This document shows, in pieces, positions 1 to 12,305 of a DNA stretch of 64,000 nucleotides (positions are counted from its first letter, which is position 1; every line of letters starts with the position of its first letter). A program made the position numbers and the translations under genes. The stretch comes from Eledone cirrhosa (lineage: Eukaryota). Under the pieces are notes generated by a model that did not search any database, was not told the origin of the DNA, and saw only the letters and a program-made list of their open reading frames with translations. Where the stretch lies: positions 102,734,001 through 102,798,000 of the forward strand of contig OZ024741.1 of assembly GCA_964016885.1 (NCBI GenBank), written 5' to 3'.

Positions 1-437
1 TTGTAAAGGGGGTTAATAACAAGGGGAGGTAATTAATGTTGTTGATAAATTAAGGTATCTCGGCTCTGTAATACACTTGAAAATTTGCATTGAGACTTTT
101 ATCATACCGGTAACCGGCTAGTACTTAGTACTACCCTACATATTTATAGTTATATCAAACATATATAAATAAATATATATATTTATACACACACATAAGT
201 ATATTTATATTCTATATTCAGACATGTTGTTAACCTAAGGCAGGTAGTTTTCTGGCCAGAGGATCTGAATTCGGCATTGTTAGTCAATGAATAATTTTAC
301 TACTCTATTGCATTGCACCTGCTTCAATCAATCAGTTAAACACACTCTTTCTCTCTTTCTCTTAAGTACATACGTAGAGCCAGATAAGTGAAACACTGAT
401 CTTCCTGTTCAGTTGATTGCTCTGTTTCCTGTTATGT

Positions 438-470
<33 letters not shown>

Positions 471-1056
471 AGTCTATATTTGATGAAATAACTCTCAAAT
501 CGTTTGGTATTCAGTGAAGAAAAATCCAAGAGAAAACCTTATAGTAGTAGCTCTAAAATTAGATTTTAATTTAATGATCTTGTTATGGCAGTCACTTCAT
601 TCTCTAAATAGTAAAGTGACTGCCAATATAAAGTTAACTGGGCTTTGGACCAATCTACTGGTCACACTACATTGCCATTACTTAAACATTTAAGGTATTT
701 CCCACGTCCGAAAGCTCACCTAGTTTCATTGATGTAAAGATACTGAAAGTACAAGCCACCGCACGTTAACTGGTCCGACGCTCTATCAATTCTGCCAATC
801 CACTGTCTTAAACTTTTTTATCGATCCCAAAATGTTTTAAAGACAAAATTCACCTGTAATCAACTATGCTCTCATACAAATATATCGACTCATTCTTGTT
901 TGATCTATTTTCAAATCTCGCTTGCTCATCGCACCAGTATCTGTTGAATCATCCCAGTTATGTAGTCGAGACATGTACCGAAATTATGTAGCAATAAAGC
1001 ATAATATTCATAACTTCTTCTAACGTATGGCTTTGTGCCAATATTACCATCGATAA

Positions 1057-1130
<74 letters not shown>

Positions 1131-1499
1131 AATATATTTTGGGTGTGTTTTTGAAAGTGTTCCTGTGAGTGTGTTTATGTCTAAAAATAAACTACTTAGA
1201 CTACTACTAATATTACCCCCGCCCCCACGAATATCAACTGCAGCGGCACGACGACCAGCATCGTCATCATTCTGAGCTACGACATACCAGGAGAGAAGAA
1301 AATTCGACGAATTCTTACGTTAGCAGCTGCTTCTGTCATAACTGCTGACTTGCACAAAAGCTTGCTACATTAGTTATACACCACATCGTTTGATATATTA
1401 TGAAAATGTGTGTATTATATCTAGACTCACGTCTCTTATGATATAGTTAACATGTTTGTATCACATGAACCCTCCAAAAATGATCACTTGGACATTATT

Positions 1500-4260
1500 A
1501 TGAATATAATAATAATGAAATGATTGTGTACAGTGCTCAGGTGCACCACAGCTCATCAAAGGTACATGTATAGTATATAGAATAATGTACAAATGTCGGG
1601 AAAGTGAACAGTGCATGAGTCATGATATACTTGTGTGCGTGTGTATGGAGCGGGGATATCAGGTGTAGTGCTAGCGAATTTCAGAAAGCATGGAGGTTTT
1701 AACGGATGCACTGTCCCGACAGCTAACAACTGATTCAGGTAGTTTGTTCCATGCTTCAGCAAATCTGAGCGTGAAAAAGATTTCCGAAAATCATGGGAGC
1801 CGTGCTGTTTTCTGACTTTGTTGGCATGCTCACGTGTGTTAGACACATGGAAATCAAAAAGGTGCCCAGGATTGTTGTTGGCAAGATGGTTAATAATTTT
1901 ATGAGTGTTTACCAAGTCAGTTGCCAGACGTTGGAGCTTTAATGTATCCATGCCCAGGGAAGCAAGACGTTCAGAGTATGGTAGATGCTTGATGGTGGGT
2001 ATTCGCTTGGTTGCACGTCTCTGAAGATGCAAGATAGGGGTTCCAGACTGGTGATACAAATTCTAAGTGTGGCCGCACCATACCTATACACAGCTTTAAA
2101 TAGATAGCCGGAGAGCGGTTGACAAAGGTCTTGCTGAGTGATGCCGAGACACACTCGGCCTTCTTGACTATTTTAGAATTGTGCTTTGTCCAACACAAAT
2201 CTCTGCTGACAGTAATGCCCAGGTCACGTTCACAAGAAGACTTCTTGATATTAGTGTTGTGGAGGGAGTATGCGGACGCTGGATTTTTGCTCCCAAAATG
2301 CATGGTAGTATACTTGTTCACAGCCAGTTTGAGTTACCAGTCCGTGATCCAGTGCTGCATTGTGTCCAAGTCTGATTGCAGGAAAGATCCATAGTGTGCA
2401 GGTTCTGTACTTTTTATCTCAAGGTACAGCTTGATGTCAACTGCATATTTCAGCAATGTGACATTCGTTAAGTTGGCATCTATGTCATTGATATATGCAA
2501 CAAACAAAAGGAGACCAAGAACAGATGCCTGCGGTACACCAGATGACATCTCATAGGGTGAAGAATTCTGTCATAGAACTGTGACTACCTCTTTTATAAC
2601 TCAGCTCTTACCTTCAACGGTGGCACTGCTCCTTTGAAGGAGGTTGAGGAGACTAAAGATCTTGGTCTGCTGTTCGACTCGTCCTTCAAACCATCAAAAC
2701 ATTGCATTCAAGCCGCAAACAAGGCAAGGAGCTCTCTTTTTTTTATTCGACGCTCCTTTGCCAAACTCACTCCAGAAATTTTCAGGCCTCTCTATGCCGC
2801 CCTCGTGAGACCGAACCTAGAATATGCCATACAAGCATCAAACCCATATCTCATCCGGGATATCCATCACTTGGAGTGAGTTCAACAACTAGCGACTCGA
2901 ATGGTACAGGGTCTTCATGAGCTGCCCCGCGAAAGCCGGCTGCAGAAGCTGAACCTATTCTCCTTGGAGTGTCGATGGCTACGAGGCGATCTCATTTTGG
3001 CTTACAATCTCTTCAATGGTCATTACGATCTCCCTCAGATATCCTATTCACTCGGGCACTTGAAAGGGGTCTACGTGGACATGACAAAAACTGTTTCACC
3101 GCTGCTTTCGCCTAAATAAACGGAAAGCTGCTTTCTCGATCCGCATCTCTGGACCCTGGAATCGGTTTCCAGAAGAAGTAGTCAACGCGCCAACCACGCA
3201 ACAATTCAAGGCGAAATGGACCCGGTTGGACCACTGTGTTTCCGACTGTGTAAATTTTGCCCCCCCCCCTTACATAGCATCTGAAGCATCTATCTTTTAT
3301 TTCCTGCCAAATATATTGAATTGAATTGAATTGAGAATGAAGGACTTCAACCATCATCTCTCACACCCATTACAGAGAGTTTTGCCATAAGTCTTTTGCG
3401 TGGCACATAAATGGAAGCGTTAGCAAAGTCAAGGTAAACCAGAAGCCGCCATCAGTGATCCAGATGTTGTCTTTAAGAAACTCGATAAGTTGATCACAGC
3501 AGCTGGTGTTAGGGATAAATCCGAATTGTGAGGGACGGATAAGGCTGTGAGAATTCTAGAAGTTCCAGAGTGTTTCTCTGACACAGGATTCCATCAGTTT
3601 GGCAATGCAAATAATAAGACTAAACTAGACTATAGTTGACAGGCGACGTGCGATCTCCCTCTTTGAAGAACAGAGGAATGACACTGGCAGTTTTCCACTG
3701 CTTCGGAGTAGGACTGTTGTTAAGACGGAATTGAAAGAAGAGTGAAAGCTGATGCAGAAGAAAGTACCCACCACGTTTGAGAAGCAGGTATGTAACACCA
3801 TCAAGACCAGGAGAGGCATAGTTGCGCTTATTCTTGTATAAATTCCATAGTTGTTATAGAATTTGATGTCAGAGGTGGTGGAGATGGTACGTTTTGGTTT
3901 TCAACAGTAAAAATGCCTGCATAGCATTCAGCAATAAGTTCAGCACATTCTTTGAGATCGTCCGTAATCTGGTTTGTGTGGGGATTGCGAAGAGGACCGT
4001 ACATATTTCCAGAACACTTTACTGTCAGGGTTGGTTGCTATGCGCTGTTCAAATTCAAGCACTGCCTTTTTCGTCACCTGCTTGAGATGGTTGGGTGATT
4101 TATTGCGCTTTTTGCTATTTATATCTGATTTATGCAGTTCGTATTCCCGTTCAGCATTACGACGTTCTTTCCTGGCAAGTCGGACTGCTGCAGTTTCCCA
4201 AATTGCACTTTTCAGATGTTTTTTTTTTGTGATTACGTGCTATTGATGCTGCACAGGCTG
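1500..4260 (-). mobile_element. Decayed CR1-clade LINE (ORF2 RT and C-terminal region), interrupted at ~2597-3333 by another LINE fragment
   Basis: Minus-strand translations give SGVPQASVLGLLLFVAYINDI..YAVDIKLY, CERDLGI, VRPHLEF.SPVWNPY and LQRRATK.IP; at 3340-3620 LIRPSQFGF and VYLDFA. Frameshifts and stops present. Confidence 0.85.
2598..3333 (+). mobile_element. 5'-truncated CR1-type LINE 3' fragment nested in opposite orientation
   Basis: EVEETKDLGLLFD..LYAALVRPNLEYA..LE*VQQLATRMV..RGDLILAY; ends in an (ATTGA)n tail at ~3313-3333. Confidence 0.85.
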
Positions 4261-4741
4261 TCCATATTGAGTCAAGCATCAGCATCTTTAGTATTTGAAC
4301 TGGTGAAATAGTATAACGAGTTGAAGCAAGGATCAGTACAAAACAGGGGAAATAACATGAGTTGAAGCAAGGTTCAGTATATGCCAGTAATTTTGGCTTT
4401 CGTTCCTACTTTAGCATTAGGACACTTGCTATTATTAGGAAGTGCTTCTAATTAGGGGATTATTAGGGGCTTATTAGGGGACATGTCCTATTAAGGGTTT
4501 ATTAGGGGCTACATTTAATTAAGGGAGTTTTAGATGCTACATTTAATCATGGGATTTTATATGCAACATCTAATTAGGGACTCAGTGCTAAATTAACTGC
4601 CTAATGCACCATTAGTCAGTCGGACCTCAGTAATAGCAGCTATTTTCTGGTGTAGTTTAGAATACATGTTTGTGATTAATAACGATGCAGTTTGATATTA
4701 AGTAGACAGTGGATAGTTGGATATTTGTTGCGGATATTGTG

Positions 4742-4975
4742 AATAAAAGTCGGGGTGGTCACGGCTACGACTAGAACGTTTTTAATCATGATCATATACC
4801 TTCTAGATCAAAGAGTAACGTAGGACTAAACAACAACAACAATAGTATGTTCTGACATGATACGCACATTGTAAATAAAAGACGGGGTTGTCCCGGCTAC
4901 AACTAGAACGCCTTGATCATGATCATAGATCTGCTAGTTCAGAGAATGACCTAGGGCTAAACAGCAACAGCAACA
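4742..4975 (+). repeat. Two diverged ~105-bp direct copies of a LINE/SINE 3'-end module with (CAA)n tails
   Basis: aataaaag(t/a)cggggt..cggctac.actagaacg...gatcatgatcata...ctaaaca.caaca occurs at ~4742-4842 and ~4874-4975. Confidence 0.7.
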
Positions 4976-5329
4976 ATTACAACATATTCTGAAGTTTATT
5001 TATTTATTGTTATTTTTCAACGTTAGATGTTACAATCGGAAGTAAAGGCCCACCACTGTGTTGAGATGTTGAGCAAAGCCTGGAGTAAGAAGAAAATACA
5101 TAGAAAGAGAAACTAAAACAACACAAAACGGAAGTGAAAGGAGAAAGACGCCATCTTATTCACAGGTTGAACATTTAATGATGTTGTAAGCACGCCTATG
5201 TAGTAATTATCTCTGTTTAACTATGCTCCAGTAGAGTTGAGTAGCCGTGTGCAATTGTGCGTTGCATTTTGGATTTGTCAGTGTCATGTTTGTACTAGTG
5301 TGTCAGTATTGGTGTTATGTATGTGTTAG

Positions 5330-6279
5330 TAAGTTGTTAGTGTGTGTGTGTTTATGTGTTAGTGTGGGTAGATGTTAATATGAGTGTCATACATCTGCTA
5401 GTGTGTTTGCGTGAATTTGAATGGACGTGAATTTCTGTGTAGTAGTGTGAGGCTGTTAGTTGTTGAGCGTGTTTTAGTGAGCGTGTCTTTGTAGTTGTGA
5501 GTGTGTGTGTATTCTTAAGTGTGTCATGCCAGTATTAGTGAGCTTGTGTTAGCTTTGTGTGTGTAAGTTTTTGTATGTGGCAGTGTATGTTTTAGAATGT
5601 GTGTGTATGTGCTTGTGTACGGGTATTAGTGTGCATGTTTTAGTAGGTATGTTAGTATGTGTGTGTGTGTATTGATATGTATGTCCTGCCAATATTAGTG
5701 AGCTTGTGTTGGTGCTGTGTGCGCAAGTCTATGTATGTGGTAGTGTATGTTTTAGTATGTGTGTGTGTGTGTGTATAACACCATACACAACATATATGAA
5801 AGGACGTAAGAGAAAGTGAGAGTGTTAGTGTGTGTATGTGTACGAGCATTAGTATACGCATTTTAGTAGTGTGTGTGTGTGCATGTGTGTGTGTGCATGT
5901 GTGTGTGTACATGTGTGTGTGTGTGTTTGTAGAAAAGCACGTAAGAGAAACTGTGTAGGTGTATGTCATATCTGTAATAGTATGTTTAAGTTAGTGTTTC
6001 TATTTTTATCCTTGTATTAGTGTGTGTCTGTGTGTATTTATGTGTTGGAGTAATGGTTGTAAGAGTGGTTGTGTGCAGTTGTGCTTTGTGCTTTGTATGT
6101 TTTCGATATCATGTCTAATAATGTGTATGTCTATGGAAGAGGGGTCGTGTTAATGTATGTGTGGATGGATGGACGTAAGAAAAAGAAATGTGTAGGGGTA
6201 TGAACATGATAGATGTAGAAATTTATGTTCCGTATATAATGTTATAATAGGTTGTTTGGGAATTTTATCTTTCGATTTC

Positions 6280-6320
<41 letters not shown>

Positions 6321-6346
6321 TGTGTGTGTGTGTGTGTGTGTGTGTG

Positions 6347-6411
<65 letters not shown>

Positions 6412-6615
6412 GTATGTGTAATGTATGTGTAATATATGTGTATGTATGCATATACTTGCTGCTCTGACAATATAACTATATGCCTAAATGAGGGTCTTGA
6501 ATATAGAAATTTATGTTACATATATAAGGTTTTCGTATGTTGTTTGGAAATGTTAAAGCTTCGGCAGCTTTATTTATGTGTATATGTGTGCGTGTGTCGG
6601 TGTTTGTGAAATGTG

Positions 6616-6647
<32 letters not shown>

Positions 6648-6680
6648 TGTATGTATGTATGTATGTATGTATGTATGTAT
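5330..6680. repeat. GT-rich low-complexity region with (GT)n and (ATGT)n microsatellites and degenerate longer repeats
   Basis: Long (GT)n at ~6283-6408, (TATG)n at ~6618-6684; motifs gtattagtgagcttgtgtt and ggacgtaagag recur. Confidence 0.8.
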
Positions 6681-7385
6681 GTATGGATGTATGAGGGAGC
6701 TTATAGATAGGACAACACACGCTGTCTCTTCGTGGGGTAAGTTTTTAATTAATTTTTGTATTCTGAAACATCAAAATACAACAATTTGTTGGTTACTGGA
6801 CTCGGGAATGTCACGACAGAAGTTTGTGGAAGTTACACAAATATTTTAGTATATTTTAGCAGAGCAATCCTTATTTATATTTTACATTTACTTACATCTC
6901 AATATAACATGGCTAGAATTCAAATTTTGCTAAGAGAAGAAAACGGTCAAATGAACTAGATACATCTCACTGTCCACACCACCACAATAACGTCTACACT
7001 CTCTCCCCACCATCACATGTCATTACCATACCATACCCTATCGAGACTAAAGTCATCGACCTGTTGTCAAACTCTCTACTCTCTGATGAATGTATATATA
7101 TATATGTGTGTGTATGTATATGTGTGTATATACATCATTCAGTCAAACAACCAGATTTCAACCCCAACATCTACAGCAACAACAACACCGGCACTAATGT
7201 TTACAGCAACAACAGCTTCAGAATGAACTGAAATGAACATTTACAACAATTACAACAACAACAACAACAGCGGCATCAAAACATAAAAAAAGGAAGGGAA
7301 AAGAAAAAAGAAAAGGGAAGGGGAAAAAAAAAAAAAAAAAAAAGGAGAAAAAAAGAAAGGAAAAAAAAAAAAAACTCAAAATAAC

Positions 7386-7426
<41 letters not shown>

Positions 7427-8194
7427 CAGAACAACAACATCAACTGCCACCACCACCACCACCGCCACCGCCGTCGCCATCACCATCACCAGCGACCTTA
7501 AGAACAACTTTAATAATAATTTTTCTGCTTTTGGCACGGATCCAGCGACTGGCCAGCGCATCACTGGTACTCTCTTTTGTTGACTCCGTGGAGAGCCATA
7601 ACTCTATGCTGTAAAGCAATTATAGTAATACTGGACTGTAATACGATCGGCTTCAACTATACAAACTCTTGAAAGTCAACAGTTGACATAATCTGGTAAT
7701 CTTGTATCAGTAATGACGGTAATATATATATATATATATGTGTGTGTGTGCGTGTAAGTGAGTAGAGTAGCGTGTGTGTGTGTTTGTTGTGTGTGTGAGT
7801 GTTGCTGTGTGCACGCATATGTATGCGTGTGTGTGTATGTCGTACGTATAAGTGTCAATAAGTAATTTTTTTTTTTTTTTTTTTTTTTTTTTTGCGCGGG
7901 GACATAGAAATAATCGGGCTGGATGCCCGATCGCGCAGTTAAACCACTGGGAGTGAAGAACCCCTAGCCCATGTCAGGGTATTCTTCTAGGAGAAGGCAT
8001 CTCAGGAAACTGGGTTAACTCCGATATAAAACCTGCGGCTCAGTAGTTACCGATGATGTTGATCTTTTCTTCTTTTCGGGTTATAGCTACTGTCGCTCAG
8101 AGAGTGGGATTGGTTCAGTGCACAGTCTTTCCTCACTTTAAAAATATTCGTCACGCACAGGCATTGCACGAGTGCATTAATAATTATTAATAGT

Positions 8195-8231
<37 letters not shown>

Positions 8232-8236
8232 TATTA

Positions 8237-8273
<37 letters not shown>

Positions 8274-8282
8274 CTCAATTCA

Positions 8283-11200
8283 ATGATGTTCCAGAACAAT
8301 GTAAACGAGATAATTGCCAATTTGGGTTCTGGAACAACAAAAAAGATCATTGGCAATAAGGGCAGGGGCCCCAAGTTATCACAACCTGGGCCCGCCCGTC
8401 ATCGTGCCATTGTAATAGAGCCAAACAGGGCATTTAGTCTTGGCTGCTGGAACGTACGGACGCTGCTTGACAGGGATTCTTTGGAGCGTCCTGAACGAAG
8501 GACCGCTCTTGTTGCGAAGGAGCTTCGACGTTACGATCTTGACATCGTGGCTTTGTCTGAGACGAGGTTAGCTGGAGATGGTCATCTTACGGAATTTTGT
8601 GGAGAATATACATTCTTCTGGAAAGGAAGAGATGAAGGAACCAGAAGAGAGGCTGGGGTAGGATTTGCTGTTAAGACTGTACTGGTGAATAAATTAGAAG
8701 AATTCCCAGTGGGGATTAGTGAGCGTCTTATGTCCATGAGAGTTCCGCTGGACAAGGGAAGATATGCTACCCTGGTGAGTGTGTATGCTCCAACTATGAA
8801 TTCTGTCGATGAAGAAAAACTGTCCTTTTACCATGCCTTGAAAGGTGTTTTAAGAAATATCCCTCAGGCAGACAAAGTCATCGTGCTTGGTGACTTTAAT
8901 GCTAGAGTGGGTAGGGATTTTAACACATGGAATGTAATCGGAAGGCATGGGGTGGGAAAGTGTAACAGCAATGGTATGCTCTTGCTGCAGATGTGTGAGG
9001 AGCTGGATCTGTGTGTTACCAACACCATGTTCCAACAAAAGAACAAATTCAAGACCACATGGATGCATCCTGCATCTAAGGAATGGCATCTTTTGGACTA
9101 CGTCCTAGTCAGGATGCGTGACAGACAGGATGTGCGGTGTGTTCGTGTTCTTCGTGGAGCTGAGTGCTGGACGGACCACCGCCTGGTACGCGCAAAAGTG
9201 AATCTAATCACCAAACGTAAAATCCGGGCTCCTGGTGTTACCCTGCCCAAAAGATTGAATGCTGCTCGTCTTAAGGATAAAAATGTGAAGAGGACATTGG
9301 AAGAAGAGATGCAGGCTGCAGATCTTGGTGAGGATTGGCCGACCCTTAAAAAGTCGGTTTATGATGTAGGCAGACGTGTTCTGGGATTGGTGCAGAGAAA
9401 ACATCAGGACTGGTTTAATGAGAAAGATGTGCATATAGATGACTTGTTGGCTGATAAGAGGCGCGCTCTGTCACGCTACTTGACGGCAAGACCACAGGAG
9501 AGGAATACGTTGCATGAGGAGCTCAGGGATGTAAAATCACGTGTTAGGCGGAGTCTTTCTCAGATGAAGGATCAGTGGTGGAGTGAGAAGGCTGGTGAGA
9601 TACAAACTGCGTCTGATTGCAATAACACAAAGCTGTTGTACAGTCTCTTGCGTGAGGTTTATGGACCGTCTTCTTCTCTGGTGACACCGATTCGCAGCAA
9701 GGATGGCAAAGAACTTCTTCGTGACTCACAGGGAATTCTACGAAGGTGGCGAGAGCACTTTGATGATCTTTTGAATCAGCCGTCTGTCGTCAGTGAAGAT
9801 TTCCTCAATCTCATTCCGGAAAGTCCTGTGAAAGTAGCTCTCGCAGAGCCTCCGACACTTGTGGAGGTTGCAGTGGCTATTTCGAAGCTGAACAGTGGAA
9901 GATCTCCAGGTATGGATGGCATACATGCTGAGCTCCTACAATATGGTGGTGAGAGACTCCTGCAACATCTTCACTCTCTGTTTGGAAGGATATGGGCTAA
10001 TGAATCCGTGCCTGAGGACTGGAGAGATGCGGTAATGGTGGTCTTGTACAAGGGAAAGGGTAACAGGAATGATTGTGGGAACTACAGAGGTATATCATTG
10101 CTTTCTGTCGTGGGGAAAGTTTTATGTAGGGTGCTTCTGGACCGTCTGCTGACACACATTGCAGATTGTGTCCTTCCTGAAAGTCAATCTGGTTTTCGTG
10201 TTGGACGCGGCACTACTGATATGATCTTCTCAGCTAGACAGCTCCAGGAGAAGTGCATTGAACAGGGCTTGGATCTGTATCAGGTTTTTGTCGATCTGAC
10301 AAAGGCTTTCGATACTGTCAACAGAGATGCATTATGGAAGGTTCTCCAGAAACTTGGTTGCCCTGATAAGTTCCTTGCTTTAGTTAGGTCTTTCCATGAC
10401 GACATGAAGGCTTGGGTTAATGTCGGAGGTAACATGTCGGAGCCTATCTCAGTAAAAAATGGAGTGAAACAGGGGGATATTCCAGCACCGACCCTGTTTG
10501 CCATATACTTTGCAATGGTTTTCTGTATTGCATTCAGGAATTGCGAGCATGGTGTTTACATCCGATATCGAACCTCAGGCAGCATATTTAACATCAGGCG
10601 CTTTGCTGCGAAGACAAAAGTATTTACATCAGTCATAAGAGACCTCTTGTATGCAGATGATTGCGATCTTGTAGCGCACACAGAGAGTGATATGCAGCAC
10701 ATTTTGAATGTATTTTCTGACGCTTGCACTGCCCTGGGTTTGACTGTCAGTCTCAAGAAAACCGTCGTCATGTACCAACCTGCACCTGGTAGGCAGTACA
10801 CTGAACCAAACATCTATGTGTATGGCAAACGACTTGGAGTGGTTGATCAGTTTGTCTACCTGGGAAGCACTGTCAATCGATACGGCAACCTTGACAGTGA
10901 AATCTCACTTAGGATTAGGAAAGCAAGTGATGCTTTCGGAAAGCTAGAAAGGCGACTCTGGGGTCGGCGAGACATATGCAGGAGGACAAAGGTAAAGGTG
11001 TACAGGGCATGTGTACTCTCTTGTCTTCTTTATGCCTGCGAGACCTGGGTCACATATCGACGCCACCTTAAGCAATTGGAGCGTTTCCATCAGATGTGTC
11101 TCAGACGGATACATGGCGTTCACTGGAGGGACCACATCAGTGATGTCGAGATTTTGGAAAGCTCTATGTGTGACAGTATAGAAGCTCTTGTGCTTAAGCA

Positions 11201-11831
11201 GCGACTCCGTTGGAGTGGTCACCTTGCCAGGATGAAGGATTCTAGAATACCAAAACAACTCTTCTATGGAGAGTTGGTTAAAGGAAAACGACCGCCACAT
11301 AAACCAAAAAAGAGGTATAAGGATTCCTTGAAGGCCTCTCTGAAAGACGCTAACATCTCTGCTGATACATGGGAAAATATTGCTGCTGATCGTAATAAAT
11401 GGAGAAAGACTGTATATGAGGGAAAAGTTGCCTTTGAGGCATCTCGAATCGCACACGAGAAAGTAAAGCGGGACGTGAGGAAGGGTATTGCTGTTGCACT
11501 TCCAGACGGCGAGGGTCCTCCTATGTTTCTGACATGCAGCGTCTGTGCGAGACTCTGCCTAAGCAAAGCTGGACTCGAAAGTCATCTTCGCAGTCATAAA
11601 GTAAGACCAGTGGTTGACTACCAGGCTGCTGTTGGAGATGCTACTCATCATGCTTGCCAAACATGTGGTAGAGAATGTAAATCAGCAGGAGGACTCAAGC
11701 GACATGCAAAAGTACACGAACTCCAACCACAGCCGACTATTCCCAGTAAATGTTTTGGTTGCCGACTCTGTGCAAGACATTTTGGATCATTGGCTGGGCT
11801 AAAAAGCCACATTCGATCGCAGCACTGTTAG
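8283..11831 (+). CDS. RTE LINE polyprotein: APE endonuclease + reverse transcriptase + three C-terminal C2H2 zinc fingers (~1182 aa)
   Basis: APE motifs WNVRT, ALSETR, VYAPT, GDFNAR, LLDY, WTDH; RT motifs NYRGISLL, QSGFR, FVDLTKAFD, GVKQG, YADD, FVYLGS; LYACETW and LRWSGH; fingers CSVC..H..H, CQTC..H..H, CRLC..H..H. No stops. First ATG after the microsatellite is at 8283. Confidence 0.95.
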   Translation: MMFQNNVNEIIANLGSGTTKKIIGNKGRGPKLSQPGPARHRAIVIEPNRAFSLGCWNVRTLLDRDSLERPERRTALVAKELRRYDLDIVALSETRLAGDGHLTEFCGEYTFFWKGRDEGTRREAGVGFAVKTVLVNKLEEFPVGISERLMSMRVPLDKGRYATLVSVYAPTMNSVDEEKLSFYHALKGVLRNIPQADKVIVLGDFNARVGRDFNTWNVIGRHGVGKCNSNGMLLLQMCEELDLCVTNTMFQQKNKFKTTWMHPASKEWHLLDYVLVRMRDRQDVRCVRVLRGAECWTDHRLVRAKVNLITKRKIRAPGVTLPKRLNAARLKDKNVKRTLEEEMQAADLGEDWPTLKKSVYDVGRRVLGLVQRKHQDWFNEKDVHIDDLLADKRRALSRYLTARPQERNTLHEELRDVKSRVRRSLSQMKDQWWSEKAGEIQTASDCNNTKLLYSLLREVYGPSSSLVTPIRSKDGKELLRDSQGILRRWREHFDDLLNQPSVVSEDFLNLIPESPVKVALAEPPTLVEVAVAISKLNSGRSPGMDGIHAELLQYGGERLLQHLHSLFGRIWANESVPEDWRDAVMVVLYKGKGNRNDCGNYRGISLLSVVGKVLCRVLLDRLLTHIADCVLPESQSGFRVGRGTTDMIFSARQLQEKCIEQGLDLYQVFVDLTKAFDTVNRDALWKVLQKLGCPDKFLALVRSFHDDMKAWVNVGGNMSEPISVKNGVKQGDIPAPTLFAIYFAMVFCIAFRNCEHGVYIRYRTSGSIFNIRRFAAKTKVFTSVIRDLLYADDCDLVAHTESDMQHILNVFSDACTALGLTVSLKKTVVMYQPAPGRQYTEPNIYVYGKRLGVVDQFVYLGSTVNRYGNLDSEISLRIRKASDAFGKLERRLWGRRDICRRTKVKVYRACVLSCLLYACETWVTYRRHLKQLERFHQMCLRRIHGVHWRDHISDVEILESSMCDSIEALVLKQRLRWSGHLARMKDSRIPKQLFYGELVKGKRPPHKPKKRYKDSLKASLKDANISADTWENIAADRNKWRKTVYEGKVAFEASRIAHEKVKRDVRKGIAVALPDGEGPPMFLTCSVCARLCLSKAGLESHLRSHKVRPVVDYQAAVGDATHHACQTCGRECKSAGGLKRHAKVHELQPQPTIPSKCFGCRLCARHFGSLAGLKSHIRSQHC

Positions 11832-11839
11832 TTGCTATC

Positions 11840-11885
<46 letters not shown>

Positions 11886-11964
11886 GCTTATGTGCGTGCG
11901 TGTGTGTGTATATATATATGAATATGTATATTATTATTGTTGTTGTCGTTATTATTATTATTGC

Positions 11965-12007
<43 letters not shown>

Positions 12008-12129
12008 GTTATTAATGTATGTGTGTATATATGTGTGAGTGTATGTGTATGTATGTGTGTGTGTATATATGTATGTATGTGTATGTATGTGTGTGTGTAT
12101 ATGTATGTGTATATATATATATATGTATA

Positions 12130-12162
<33 letters not shown>

Positions 12163-12182
12163 CTTTTTTTTTTTTTTTTTTT

Positions 12183-12257
<75 letters not shown>

Positions 12258-12305
12258 TTTTTATTTTTTTTTTATTTTTTTTTATTTTTTATTTATTTTT
12301 TTTTA
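11840..12305. repeat. Compound microsatellite (GT)n, (ATT)n, (TA)n, poly-T, (TTTA)n inside the RTE 3' UTR
   Basis: Directly visible. Confidence 0.9.

Noticed and set aside
6685-7300. Possible 5' end and ORF1 start of another Tx1-like LINE after (TATG)n
   Set aside because: Only Thr-rich compositional similarity, with no conserved motif to support it.
8193-8282. Poly-Tyr/poly-Phe N-terminal extension of the RTE ORF in the track
   Set aside because: It is a GTG-started read-through of (TAT)n and poly-T; the first ATG at 8283 is the more plausible start.
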